A stretch of 64,000 nucleotides of DNA from Geosiphon pyriformis uo1 (lineage: Eukaryota; Fungi; Glomeromycota), in the NCBI GenBank assembly GCA_016748015.1, contig JAAOMT010000128.1, forward strand, positions 1,309,538-1,373,537. The letters run 5' to 3'. Below are positions 37,001 through 50,850 of the stretch, in pieces (within the stretch, counting starts at the first letter, position 1; each line of letters begins with the position of its first letter). Below the pieces are notes generated by a model. The model worked only from the letters and a program-made list of their open reading frames with translations. It searched no databases and was not told where the DNA came from. A program made the translations under genes and the position numbers.

Positions 37001-40000
37001 ATTATCCCATTTTCCCACTTGTTTTGGTCTTCCAAAGCATTCAATGAGGCATGCGCGACAATAGAACTTGGTTGCTGTCTGATATTCTTCGTCATTGCCA
37101 CAGTATGTGCCCATTGACAACAATTTCTTGCCGCAATCAACACACACTAGTTTGGGTCAGTGATAAGTGAATTGTTGTGATGTTGTGTATTGATAGGAGG
37201 TATTATAAGTGGTAGTGGTTTGGGTGGTTCTTTTTTCTCTTTCTTTTCCTTTCCCTTTATTCTCTTTGTTTTCTTCCCATTCCTAGCTTAAAGTCGGTTC
37301 ACTTTTGTCATTGTTGGTCTATGTCAAGTCATCAGTTTCTCAGGTAAGTTCTTCCTTTTGTTTCCCTTTTCCATTGTCATTGTCATCTCAGGGGAGTATT
37401 GGCGGCAGTTTGTTGTGCTCTTCATCAGTCCATGACACTTGGTAGGCTTCTCAGGTAGGTTTCTTTTTCTCCTCCTCCAGTTTGATCAATAGTTTCTCTC
37501 TTGGAGGAGTCTTGAAGTGGCCACACGTAGCCGGTACATGTATGTGTTGGTCCTGATATGTTAGCTGGAGTTCTTGGGTGTTCTAGTCTAATGTCGCATT
37601 AACTTTGGATAGCCAGTCATTACCAACGAAAGCTTGGTATTGAGTGGCTTCCATCACTAGAACTTTAATGGAAGTCACGATGCCATTGACTTCAAAAGAG
37701 AAGTTGTCAATTTCGCCGATTGGAGTTTTGGTTGCTCCATCAGCTGTGATGATTCTGGTGCTAGTAGCTCGATTAACTTGGTGACCTAATTGATCCATGA
37801 GTTGTCATGTGATGATGCTGTCTGCTGAACCACTGTCAAAAATCAATTTGATGGATTGTCTCTTGACTTTGACATTAGTATACATCACGGTGATTGGTTT
37901 GGCTTCAAGAGCAGCTCCACTAAATAATGGCATTGCAGTTGTTTTCTTGAATTTGAATGGGAATATAACAGCCAAGGACTTATTTTTGGTGATGGTAGCA
38001 GGTGAGATATTACTGGTAAGTGGTTGTTTTTGGGTAAATGCCAGGTTATTGGTTGAGGTGTCTTCTGGAGTGACCAGGAAACTTAAATAGTTTTGGAAAT
38101 TTGGGTTCTGGGGTTGACTGGCACCCGAATTCTACTGGTGTAATTCAGATGGTGCTGTGAAGAACTGGGAATTGGTTGATGGACTACTATCGCCGATCTC
38201 TAGCTCTGTTTAGTTATTTTTGGTCTTTGGGTTCCATTGGGTAGTAAGCTTTGGGGTGGTGTTTCAATTTATTGGAGTTGATAGATTATTTGTGGCTGTG
38301 GTTGTTAATAATTTACTTGTGGCTGCAGTTAATAGATTGGAGCTTGATACATTGGAGACTGATAGACTGATGATTGCATCACTGGTAAGTAAGCAAGTTG
38401 ATTTTGATTTGGGTACTGATTTGGAGTTTGAAACCGGCGATCAGGGTTTTGATATTGATTTCTTAATTGTTGGTTATTTAAACGCTGGCAACAGTCAATT
38501 TGGATATGTTCTTGTTTACCACAATAGTAGCAGATACGCATTTCTTGTTGCCACTGTTGATTGGTCAATGAAGATGGACATGGTTGATTTTGGGCACAAT
38601 TAGAGTTTCCTTGATTATCACATCATTGTGGAGGCTAATAAATGGCATGATTGTCAGCTAAGTATCCTTCTAATCTCTTATTAATTGATTCACTAAACTT
38701 CTCCAATTTGGAATCCAATTCAGATGATCCGTTTATTATTAGATTAACGGCTTGAGCATGGTTAGCCTCTGACTCAGCAGATTCAAAATCTCTGGTGTGT
38801 GTAACTGCATTTTGAAAGGTGCCTGGATGCAATGGATGTACATGTTGCAAGATACTGCTATGCAGGCCATGGATAAACTGATTGAGTATCTGTGGTGCTG
38901 TGAAATAGTTGGTGTCAATTGCTTGAATTTGGTGCAGGTTTTGATAGAAGCATCCCAGATAAGTAGTGACTGCTTCCATTTCTCCTTGTTTCATGGTAGT
39001 GAATGTATTGACTAGGCAATTGATGCTGTTATTGTTGCTGAAATATTTTAGGAATTCTGCTTTGAAGGCATTGAAATCTTGTGGTTTATTAACCAAGCTC
39101 TGATACCATGAATTGGCAGTATCTTTGAGAAAGTAGAAAATGGTTTGCATTGCTCAGGCATCATTCTATCTATTGGCTGCGATGGTCTTTTCTATATACT
39201 TGAGTGTTATCTTCTTTGCCAGTAAAGTTGTCAAGTTTTGCGATTGGTACATAGGCCATTGGATCTAAGTTAGGTGGTTGTGGTGACTGTTGAAGCAGTT
39301 GTTGTTGTACTGGTTGTTAGGGTGGTAGTTGAAATGACTGTTGTATGGATTCAGCTATGGAATTAATCGGCATTTGATTGATGATGATTACTGGAGATAA
39401 GTTTTGTTGATTTATTAAATCGGAGTTTTGATTATCCTGAGTTGGCGGTGTCTGAATATTTGAAGTTTTGATTTCTGGATTTTCTGGATTTAGGTTTTGC
39501 TGTGTTTAAAGATTCGGGGTTTTAAATTCTGGGTTTTCAGCAATTGGATTCTGGTAAGTGAATTCTTGATCTTTAGCTTCTTCTTCTTCCTCTTCTTTTG
39601 ATTCTATTACTTTGCACAGATCAGAAATTCTGAAATCTGGGGGAGGCAGTGGTGATCAAAGTCTTGATGGCATTGATGATTGCGAGTTAAATCCTTCAAA
39701 ATACATACCATATAGTCCTAATAACTCTGTTTTCCTTTGTTTACTTTGGAATAGGAATCATTCAAATGCTGATGTTGTGTTTGATGTGGCCACATTAGTA
39801 GATGTAATATTAATGGCACTTTCAGGTGTATAGTGGTATGATAGATTAGTTGGGAACTCAATTCTTGTTTTCTTCCAAGTAGGTGGTTGTATTTTTTTGG
39901 GTGTTATTGCTGGTGTTTGCAGTTTTCCTTTGCCTTTGCTCACGTAAGTAATGGGATATCTTTGCTGTGTGTAATGTTCAATTTCTTTGTTGATTTCCAT

Positions 40001-40253
40001 AATGATGAAGGCAAAATTGTGATTTGTTAGCAGATTGGTATTTTTGAATTAATTTACTATAAAAGGCTTTTCTTGCTGATTCAATATTTACTGGTGTTCC
40101 TAACAGATAGACAATTCTTTTGTTGACATAGAAATTGAAAGCTGATTCTGCTAATATGTGGTTGTAATTTAATCTCAAATGTTGACAGTAGTGTTAAAAT
40201 AAGAATTTCGCAAATCCTAGATGATTTGCTTCTATGTTTTCTGATTCTGCCAC
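34030..40253 (-). pseudogene. gag-pol: C gag-PR-Cys-rich-dUTPase-RT-RNase H
   Basis: ORF fragments match A; dUTPase ~35865-36295 (AKFDL, RSSLA, GIIDAGYVGNI, RGIQEFGST). Confidence 0.92.
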
Positions 40254-41183
40254 TTTTAGATTTGTGTTGGTGCTGGTTTTCTGTAGGATTATACCTCATA
40301 GGGAGCACCAAATGTTACAGGTGACTATTTTTGGTGTTGAATTAAATAACAAACCCATAACTTGGTATTCAAATCTAGTTGCAGTTGATAGTGATCTGAA
40401 GATTTGTGTCTGAAAGGTTTGTATCTGAAGGGTTTGGTTGAGTTCTTTGTATAATGGACAGAGATTCAATGGTAATAGTTTTATCCATAGCTTTCCAAAA
40501 CTGCAGTTTCATCAATTTTTTTCTCAGCTTGATGGCCAGTATTCCTCCTGGTAAGCTATCTTCAATTAAGTATTCTACCCTTATTTCTGGGTCTTTTACC
40601 AGTTACGTTTATTCTGATGTCAATACTCCACATATTAATCCTCAATAGAGTTAGTAAACAACAATAAAATCAAAGCAAAAAATAAAGAAAAAAAAAGAAA
40701 ATAAAGAAAGAAAAGAAATAAGCCAAGGCAATTTGCAAGTTAGTATTTTGTTAATAGCCATGATCAAGAGCTATTGTTCTAGTGTAGTTAAGTATCAATT
40801 ACTATCAACATGAAGTGTTGATAGTGACAGCAAGTTTGAGATAACAAACAGTTATTTATTTGTGGTTTGAAAAGTTGTCTAGATAAAATCTAAACTGAGA
40901 GGTCTGTCTTTTTAGCTTCTAATCTTACTGTTATATATACATAATTGAGATTCCTCAATTTCTCAATTCTTCACAACAGAAATCCTAGAATTTCTGGAAT
41001 TCTGCAATTTTTTTGAAAAAAATTTTGGAATTCTGGAATCCTGCGATTCTTTGTGAGAATCCTGTAATTCCTGGAATCCTGCAATTTCTGAGAGGAATCC
41101 TGGAATTCCACATTTTACTACATCTACTTCTAATTAGTTAATAACTAGGCTAATATATATTCTCTATATTTCTATAAGTAATA

Positions 41184-41718
41184 CTATGATCAAGAGCTAT
41201 TGTTCTTATACAGTTTTAAGTATCAATTACTATTGATATTTAAAGTTGATAGTGAGCAATTAGATTTGAGATGCTGAATAAGTATATTTATTAATATTTA
41301 GAATGATATAAGTTCTAACTAGGGAATAGTAACTAATGAATTTTTTGTCTGGTCTTTTTTTTTCTGCTTTTAATGCTACTACTATATATACATATTTTCT
41401 AGTTTTACAGAATTGCTTTGAATCATTTGTTTTTACTAGTTATCACTTTGTTTTCTTACATTATAATTAATTATCTTATGTTATAACATATTATCTGACG
41501 TTATTACATATTATTCTGTGTTATCCTATATTATAACATGTTATCCTATGTTATAATACATTATTTTGTGTTATTCTGCATTATAACATGTTATCTTATA
41601 TTATAACATATTATCCAACATTATTGTGCATTATTCTGTGTCTCTTTATATTTTGTCATGTTTTTTTTGGTCATGTTTTTTCTTCTTTTTTTGATTGGCT
41701 TTCTTTTTTCAAGTAACA
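41184..41718 (-). repeat. 5' half of an A-related LTR (subfamily E) interrupted by C; tandem array ~41455-41640
   Basis: Ends GTAACA at 41718; has the conserved GATCAAGAGCTATTGTTC block and TATA; TTATAACATATTATC-type repeats; related LTR at 63153. Confidence 0.75.
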
Positions 41719-43848
41719 ATATTTTTAAAATGACTAATATTTTAGTTAATATTATTATTGTTGGTTGGTAAAATAGTTTTCAACTTTTTTTACAAGTTAA
41801 TCAATTTTTTTTTAACTACTGAGCTGGTTTTGCTGATTACAAGATTGACAAGTTTGGTGTGATTTGCTTTTTTTATTGCCATTTTATAGTTTTTTGTATA
41901 TTAAATAATTGTAGCTAAGTCTATAAAAGCATGAAAGACTGACAGATTTAGAAAGTTCTTGTTTAATGTTTTGGAACCAGTTTCAAAAAGTAATAAAGAT
42001 ATTGTTGTCAATAAATTGTTCTAAAAAAGCATTTTTGAATGCTTACCAAATTTCAAAGAGTGTATTTAAGTTTTTAAACTATTTATTTATAGTTTTTTGA
42101 AAAAAATAAGGAATAGCTTTAAGTATTCTTATAGTATTTTATTTGTTTGTATTTCTCACTTTCTGGATTTTGTCAAGCCATTTTTGTGGACTGGTATTAA
42201 CATTTTTTCCAATAAATTCAGTAATTTTTGTAATGTAGGTGGTTGTTATTTTTTTGGTATTCTCATTTTTAGTAGTTTTTTTTTCTGTGGATTTAAAAAT
42301 ATCTTCATTGTTATTGAAATAATTGCTTTGGTTTTTTGCTAAAAAGTCAAAAAGATTGGTACTAGTAAATATTGATTTTGGTTGTTAAGTAAAACTTTTT
42401 GGTAAGATGAAATCTTCTGGTCTTAAAAACTGGATAAGAGATAAATTAAGTATTTGCAATTGAGCAAATAAAAGTAGAAATAATATAATAGAGAGTAGTA
42501 ATTTGATACTGGTTTTTTGTTCTGGTGTTTGCAAATGTTTGGCAGTTATTTTTGGTGTATTGTGAGTTATATGGTTAACTCAAAGTGTTTTTTTTTTGTT
42601 TTTTTTTGTTGCTATTTTCTGGTTCTGATTTAAAGTTAAGAGAGTATTTAGACTATACCAGATACTTTTTTTACAATATTAAATAATATTAAAGTTAAGT
42701 TTTTGAAAGTAGGTATTAAGTATTTTACTATTAAGATTTTCTGTTTCTAAGTAGAAATAGTGTAATAAGTTTTTATAGAAATTGTTTCTAACTTTTGAAA
42801 TATTGTAATTTCCAAAAAGATAATTGTTAATACAGTTTTTAATGTATTGGTATAATGTTTTTTTGAAATTTTTAATTCCATCTTAAATGTTGAATCTTTG
42901 CTTGCAGTGAAGGTAAATTAACTAATAATATTCTAGAATTATTGTGTTAATTGTGATTGCGACTTTGAAGTTATTATTGCTGTATTATTTTTATAAAAAA
43001 GCACCAAATATTATTGGAGATTTTTGGTTTTTTTTTTGAATATTGTTAATATCTGTTTGTTGTTAATTTACATTTTCTGAAATCTAGTAAACTTTTGATA
43101 ACTGAATTTATCTTCAAATTATCTTCTATAATTTAAATTACTGAACTTATAAGTAAAATAATCAATTTTGTGCCAGTTACTTATATAGTTATATTGTAGT
43201 AAACATTAACTTTTTTTCAGGAATTGTTTATTTAAAAGCTTATTAAAAATGTGTAATTATTTTGCTGTAAAAATCAACTTTTTTACAGGAATTTTGTTTA
43301 CAGGCTACTCTAATAATTATAGTAAGAAAAAAAATATATATATATATAAAATATAAAAAAAATAAGATTTTGTTAAAAAAATTATTTTCTGGTTTAGGTC
43401 TAAAGTTATTAATAATTTATTAAAATTGGTAACTAATCAATTTCAAAACATTAGTTGAATTTTAGAAAATATTAAGTATCATAATTTTAAGAATTGGTTT
43501 TCAAAGTGTAGTTTTATTTTGAATTGTATTTAATAAAAATAAATCTAAAGTAAGATATCTATGATAAAATGCATTTTTTTTTAAAAAAAAGCTCTTTTTT
43601 TATACAATTTATTATAATACTAATTTATAAACTTGAACTTTTTTTTGTTATAAGTTCAACAAACTAAAAATATATTTTAACAAACTACAAATTATTTTAA
43701 CAAACTATTAACTATTTTGGTAAACTATTTATTATTTTGGCGAATTTTTTACAAATTTTGGCAAATTCTTAAATATTACATAATTTGAAATATTGTGTAA
43801 TTTGATTATTTTAAATTTTATTATACAAATTAGATTATTAATTAAATA
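41719..43848 (-). mobile_element. Decayed B-family element D (truncated 5' LTR 43009-43848, PBS, partial gag)
   Basis: Reverse complement matches B 12037-14280; GCACCAAA PBS at 43001-43008. Confidence 0.85.
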
Positions 43849-43852
43849 GTAA

Positions 43853-44637
43853 TATTTAATAACTAAAATTCTATTGGTAATTTCACTTATTCAGCAAATT
43901 TTTATTAACTAGTAATAGTTTTTGAAATATTATCAATAACAGCACCAGAAACTAGTAAAAAAAATAATTTGGTTTCTATTTAGTCAGTCTAATTTTCAAA
44001 AATAGATAACTCTATAAAAAATAGTTGCTTTGTTTTTAAAACTGATAAAGATCTATTAAAAAACACCATATTTAACAATATAGCCAATAATTAATCTTGG
44101 TTTATCTTAAATAATATGTTGGATAATATAACAAAGATTTCATCTAAGATTTTATTAGGAACTACAAAAGAGTTTGGTATAACAATAGCAGAAACAAGTA
44201 ACTGCTTCCACTTTTTTGAACTTTTAGTTTTTTTAATCATTTTTTTTAAAGAAAAGGTGCTAATAACACCAGATATAGAAACTACAAAAAAAATCAGCTT
44301 GTTAATTGGTTGGTTATTAAAAAATTTTGGGCTCTTTGAAAAGATAAAAACAACATTAGAACTAATCTAAGTATGTTTTTTTGAAAAAACTTTAATTAAT
44401 AAAAAACTAGCCAAAGATAAAAAAAATGTCTTAATAGCTACCAAAAACAGCTTTTTATGATTACTAGGTAAAAAAAAAACTTTTAAAACATTCTATCTAA
44501 CTGTTTTTACAATAAAAAAAAACTTTTCTGGTTGAGACTTTATTAAATATCTTAGAAAAGATATCAAATATGGCTTTTTTACTTTTTGCTCTGATTATAA
44601 TCATAAAATTAAAAAAACAAAGAACTTATATTAGTTT
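43853..44637 (-). mobile_element. ORF1-only LINE derivative, 5' piece
   Basis: Bounded by TTTGTGTT at 44638-44645, which duplicates 7345-7352; GTAA 43849-43852 approximates GTAG 28918-28921; decayed Ser/Lys-rich coding sequence. Confidence 0.6.
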
Positions 44638-44772
44638 TTTGTGTTTTGTAAAAATTTGGATAATTTGATAAAATAATAAATAGTAAATTAAAACAATAAT
44701 ATATGCTAATTAGTAATAGAAATTATAGAAATTATTTATGCTAAATAATATCTTAAATTTTAACTAATAACA
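44638..44772 (-). repeat. B-type solo LTR, piece 2 (U3 start)
   Basis: Ends ...AATAACA followed by the GTAT TSD; continues the LTR broken at 7353. Confidence 0.75.
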
Positions 44773-44776
44773 GTAT

Positions 44777-46616
44777 ATTTAAATATTTTGGCAAATTATT
44801 GAATATTTTTTTTTTGTAATAAATATTTAATTTTTAAGTGTTTTAAGTTTAAATAAATTTTGTTAAATATATAATAAGTTGTTAAATATTAATTTTTTAT
44901 GTTTTTTTGTTTACACTAATAAATTTTTAAAAAATTTGGATTTAACAAACATAAAAACTAATATGGCAGTATTTTTTGATAATTTAAATTTGTATATTGA
45001 AATTAAAATTATTGGTTTGGTTTTATTTACTATAGTTAAATTACAAATTATTATATTGACTTTAGAATATATCTTTTTTTTTGCATGTTTATAGTAATTT
45101 TAAACAGTTAAGCAGCTTTAAATGCATGTTTTTTAAAGCTAATTTTAATAACATCTAATTTTTATTATTATTGTTAAATAAAATAGTATTATATTACAAA
45201 TATAATCAAAAAAAAATTTGTTTATGTTTTAAGCCAAAGTTAAAAACTATTTTAAAGTTTTTGGTAATAATAGAACTAATATTATTACCAAAAGTTTTTT
45301 TATTTTTTTTTATGCTATTTTGTTGTTAATTTTGTTGTTATTAAAAATTGGTAAATTTTTAATAAGCTAATTTTTTTCTAAAGTATTTCTTTATATTTTG
45401 GACTGTATATATTGTTAAGCTTATAATAAAATATCCAATTTTATGTTAATTACTTTATATAGTTACTTTGTAATAAAAATCAATTTTTTTACAAAAAAAT
45501 TTTATTTGTAAGCTTTCCAATTAATGTGTAGTTATTTTGCTGTAAAAATCAACTTTTTTACAGAAAATTTTAATTGTAAACTATTTAATAATATAAAAAA
45601 AAATAAAAAATATATTAAGAAAGTTGTTTTAAATTCAAGTCTAAAAGTTATAAACAATTACTGAAATTAATAATTAATTAATTTAAAATATTAATATAAA
45701 ATAATTAAATTTTAAAGCAATAATAATCAAAAAAGTTATGTTTTTTAAAGTAAATTTTTATTTGAATTAATTTGTAAAAGAGATTATTTTGAAAAAAAAT
45801 ATCTAATAAAAGATAAAATTAATTCTAACTAAGATAAATTTTTTTAAAGAAAAAAGCTTTTTTTTTATATAATTTGTTTTAGTACTATTTTATAATCTAG
45901 TATTTTTTTTCTAATATTTTAGCAAACTAAAGTTATATTTTATTAAACTACAAGTTATTTTTACAAATTATGAATTATTTTAATAAACTGTTAATTATTT
46001 TATCAAATTAATAAATTTTTTAATAATTTTTAATATTATATAATTTAGTATATGATTTGATTATTACAATTTTTATTATATTTGTGTTTTGTACAAATTA
46101 AATTATTAATTGAATGCTAATTTGGTTAATTTGTAAGATAATAAATAATAAATTAAAATAATAATATGTATTAATTAATAATAAAAATTATAAGAATAAT
46201 TTTATGTTAGATAATATCTTAAATTTATATTAATAATAATATATTAGCTAGTGTTATATTTTTTTTATATAGTACTTTTGGCTATTATTTAGAAAAAATT
46301 TTTAAAACTGATAATATGTGTGTTTCTGAAAATATAAAATTTTTTGTTTATAAAATTTTTTAGTCTGTTTATTATGTTTATTAAAAAACCAATTATAACA
46401 TTAAGATTTTGAATTAAAGTTTAATTAAAAATATAGATTGAATTAGTTTTTTTTTGTATAACATTTGAACTTTTACATGATAATTAATTATACAAATTAA
46501 GTTTTTGTTAGAATTTATTTTTATTTTATAAAAATTTTGTACTATTAATTACTTGTAGCTATTTAGAAACATCTGTATAGTAAATATTACCATAGTGTAT
46601 TATGTCTTTTTTGTAG
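44777..46616 (+). mobile_element. LINE-b pieces 2-3 (RNase H to CCHC region), interrupted by a solo LTR
   Basis: VYTNKFL..MAVFFD..VKLQIIILTLE; reads GNNRTN-ILAS across the insertion. Confidence 0.75.
45283..46238 (-). repeat. B-type solo LTR, TSD ATAT
   Basis: TATTACC...TAATA ends; ATAT at 45279-45282 and 46239-46242. Confidence 0.75.
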
Positions 46617-48545
46617 TATTATCAGTTAAAATTTGAAATATTATCTCTATAATTTTTATTATTAATTAATATATATTATTAATTCAATTTATTACTTATT
46701 GTCTTATCAATTTACCAAATTATTATTCAATCAATAACCTAATTTGTACAAAATACAAATATAACCAAATTGTTATAATTAAATTATACAATATATTAAA
46801 TTATATAACATTTAAAATTTACTAAAATATTTAGTAATTTGACAAAATATTTAACAATTTACTAAAATAATTTATAGTTTGCAGAAATAACTTGTAATTT
46901 AACCAAATATATTTTTAGTTTACCAAAATATTAGAAAAAAAAAGTATTAAATTATAAAATAGTACTATAATAAATTTTATAAAAAAAAACTTTTTTTTTT
47001 GAAAAAATATATTTTTTATTAAATATATTTTTTTAGAATAAAAATATTATTTCAAAACCAATAATTTCTACAAATTATTTTGAAATTCAAAATTTTTAAA
47101 TATTAAATACTTAAAATTATTTGTTTAAAACCAATACTTTAAAATTAATTAACTACCAATTTTAATAATTGTTAGTAATTTTTAAGTCTGAATTTAAAAT
47201 AACTTTCTTAATACTTTTTATTAGTTTTTTTGGTTATTTTTTTTATTTTTATTTTATTTTTATTATTATTAAGTAGCTTACAGTCGAAATTTTTTGTAAA
47301 AAAGTTAACTTTTATAGCAAAGTAATTACACATTAATTAAAGAGCTTACAAATAAAATTTTTTGTAAAAAAATTGACTTTTACTGTATAATAACTATATA
47401 AGTAATTGATACAGAATTGGTTATTTTATTATAAGTTTAATAGCATATATAGTTTAAAGTATAGAAAAATACTTTAAAAAAAAAGTTAGCTTATTAGAAA
47501 TTTACCAACTTTTATTAACAGTAGAATTAACAGTAAAATAGTATTAATAATATTAAAAAAAAAAAATTTTTAATAATATTTGATGTTTTTTTTAGAATAA
47601 CATAATAACAATTACATTAAAGTAATGATTATATTTAATATAATAATTCTAGAATATTATTAGTTAATTTATATTTATTATAAACAATAATTTAAAATAC
47701 AAAACAAAATTGTAGCTATTAAAAAAACATTTTTTAATATATTAAAAACCAAATAAATAATTATCTTTTTAAAAATTACAATATTAAAGAAGTTAAGCGA
47801 AATTTTTTTGAAAATTTAATTTATTATTTTAACATAGAATTAAAAATTATTAGTACAAATATTTATACTACCTATTTTTAAAAACTTGATTATAATATTA
47901 TTAAGTTTTGTAAAGAAAAATACTTTGCTAACTCATAATTTATTTTTAAACTTGAATCAAAATCTAAAACAAGCAACAAAAAAAAAGCAAAAAGAAATAC
48001 TTAACCAGTTTACACAATTTTTAACACATTAAAAACAACTTTTTAATACTTGCAAACACTTAAACAAAGAATAAATACTAAACTTTTACTTTTAATTACA
48101 CTTTTTTTAGCTTTATTTACTTAAACACAAACATATAATTTATTTTTTAACAGATTTTCAAGACTAAAAAACTTTGTTAAAAGTCTTATTTAACAGTTAG
48201 AACTAATTTATACTAACACTAACTTCTTTAATTATTTAATTAAAAATTAAAATAAACATTCAAAAACTTTAGTTAACAAAAAAAACATTTTTAAACCAAA
48301 TAATAAAAAAAAAACAACAAAAAAATAACTACTGTTTATATTATCAAAATTTTTGATTTCTTTAAAAAAAATACCAAAACCAGTTCTTAAAAATAACTTA
48401 ATCAAATTACTAAAACAAAAAATACAAATAAATAAAATACAATAAGAATATTATAAACAAATACTTATTTTTTAAAAAGAACTATAGACAAATTATTTAA
48501 AAACTTGGCCAACTCTTTTGCAAATTAGCAAATTTTCAAAACTGT

Positions 48546-49462
48546 TGTTACTTATAGAAAAAATACAAAAAAAAAGTAGAAAAAACAGATAGAAAAAATA
48601 GACCAATAGGAAAATAATACTTAGCAAATAAGTATAATATCAATAAATTATAGTATACTGTTTAGTAATATACATATTATTAGTAAATTATGACATACTG
48701 CTTAACAATGCACATATTGTTAGAAAATTATGGCACATTGCTTAGCAATAAGAGTATTGTCAAAGAAACAGGGCATATTGTTTAAGAAAATATAAGATCT
48801 TGTATAATAAGAATTATGTATATATAGTAAAGAGTATTAAAAACAAAAAAGACAGAATTAATACCAACAATCTAATAGAACTCATTAATTATCTAATACT
48901 TCTTTCTTCAAAAAATAGTTTTTACAACTTAAAGCAGAATCAAATTATATATCAATAAAATATAAATTATCATCTGAATTTATGTTATCATTACTTAATT
49001 AAAAAATATTAATTACTTTTTACTTTATCAACACTCTATATTAATAAAATCTAATACTTAATCATACTAAACCAATAGCTTTTAATTATGGCTATTAATG
49101 AGATACTAATTTCTTATTTTTTTTATTTTTTTTATTTTATTTTGTTGTTTACTAATTGATTAAAAAAATTAAGCACTGAGTAATTAATGTCAAAGATAAT
49201 TTGATAAAAAATTCAGAAATAAGAGTAGAAATTTAAGAATAGCTTATCAGAAAAATATAACTGCTAAATTAAACTGGCTACTATGTTGAAGAAAGAAATT
49301 CATAGAAAAAACCATTAATTAAATTTCTGTTTATTATACAAAAAACTTAACCAAAATTTTCAAACTTCAAAATTTTCAAAAATTATCAACATTATCAAGC
49401 TATTGAGCACCAATTTACAGATTTGTTATTTGTTCTAACACTTCAAATAATTATCTGTAATA
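48546..49462 (+). repeat. A-related solo LTR (917 bp), TSD CTGT
   Basis: TGTTAC...GTAATA; CTGT at 48542-48545 and 49463-49466; own U3 array (CATATTGCTTAGCAAT-like, ~48615-48790). Confidence 0.88.
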
Positions 49463-50850
49463 CTGTTTTTCTTAAAAAGTTTATAAACAACAATACTTTA
49501 ATTACTTTTTAAAACTATTTTTGAAATATCAAGTAAGAATTATCTGAATTTATTATGACTTATATTGAAAAATTTAACAAACTTCTTAGAAAAATTTGTC
49601 AATTAAAAATAAATGCTTATTACTCTAATGCTTAAATTTTGGATTAATTTATTGCTAAACTTAAAAACAAACTTATTAAAAAGTTTGTTTATATGCCTTA
49701 GCAAATTTAGTTATTGCTATTTAATATGCTAAAAATTATAAAATAACTATAAAAAAAACAAATTAAACTAAATTTATCAATTTTACTATTGGTAAAACTA
49801 GTTTAATAACAGAAAAAAAATTAATTAACTCATTAAAAAAGTTTAAATATACCTTGTTAATTAACAACAAAAATATTAATCACTAAAAAAATAAAATCAA
49901 AAAACTTTTTATTATTTAACAATAACCAAATCAACATTTAAATTGCTATTATTGTAAAATTCTAGAACACTGAAAATATGATTGCTAAAAAATACAAAAA
50001 AACCAACAATAAAAAATATTCAATATTATTTTCTATTATAACAGTAATTATACAATTTACTATTATTTATTTATTATTTATTAAGACTTTTTTACAACAA
50101 TTACAACAGTATTATTAACTATTTTCAATTCAAAATTATTAATTATTAACAAAAAAATTAGTTTAATTTAACTAATTTACATTATATAATTGCTTTTATA
50201 TTAGCAATAACAGATTTGGTTTTAATAATTAATTAGTATTTTATAACAACAATTAACAGTTACCTAATACTTTTATATTTAACCCAATTATTTTACAATA
50301 CTAAAAGACCAAAATTTTTACCATATTATATTTTTAAAAAATAAAATTATAGCACAACAACAAAACTTTTTTTTCAATAATATTACAATTTTACTAAAAA
50401 TAGCCAAAAATGCAAATATTTCAAACATTTTTTTATTCAAATTTAAAGCAAATAAATTTTTTTTTTTATCAATACAGCAGTTTTTAAACAGAAAGTAATT
50501 ACAATAATATATACTAAAACTAAAATTGAAAAAAAATTAATTTAATTAATTTTAGATAATAGATTTGTCAAAAATATTATTATTTATCAGTTAATACACA
50601 AGTTAAAACAAAATATTAATAAATTTGCCCAAATAGTAATTGTTATTGCCAATAATAATAAAAAAATACCAGTTAAAAAAATTATTAATTTTTTTTTATA
50701 ATTAATAAAATTACTATTTTAATTAAAGTTTTTATAATAAATATATCTTAATATCAAAAAAAAAAAAACTTCTTTCTCTCTTTTATCCAAAATTCCCAAA
50801 AAAGAGTCAAGAGTTTTTTCAAAAGAAGTTTTTTTACCATTCAGTACAAT

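Larger units (their letters stand above)
31013..41183 (-). mobile_element. Ty3/Gypsy element C (family A), complete internal region, mismatched LTRs, no TSD
   Basis: Colinear with A; LTRs 31013-31887 and 40313-41183; PBS 40295-40312; PPT 31888-31902. Confidence 0.95.

Noticed and set aside
46613-46616. GTAG before element F matching GTAG at 28918-28921 as a TSD pair
   Set aside because: Orientation and host elements are incompatible; a chance 4-mer
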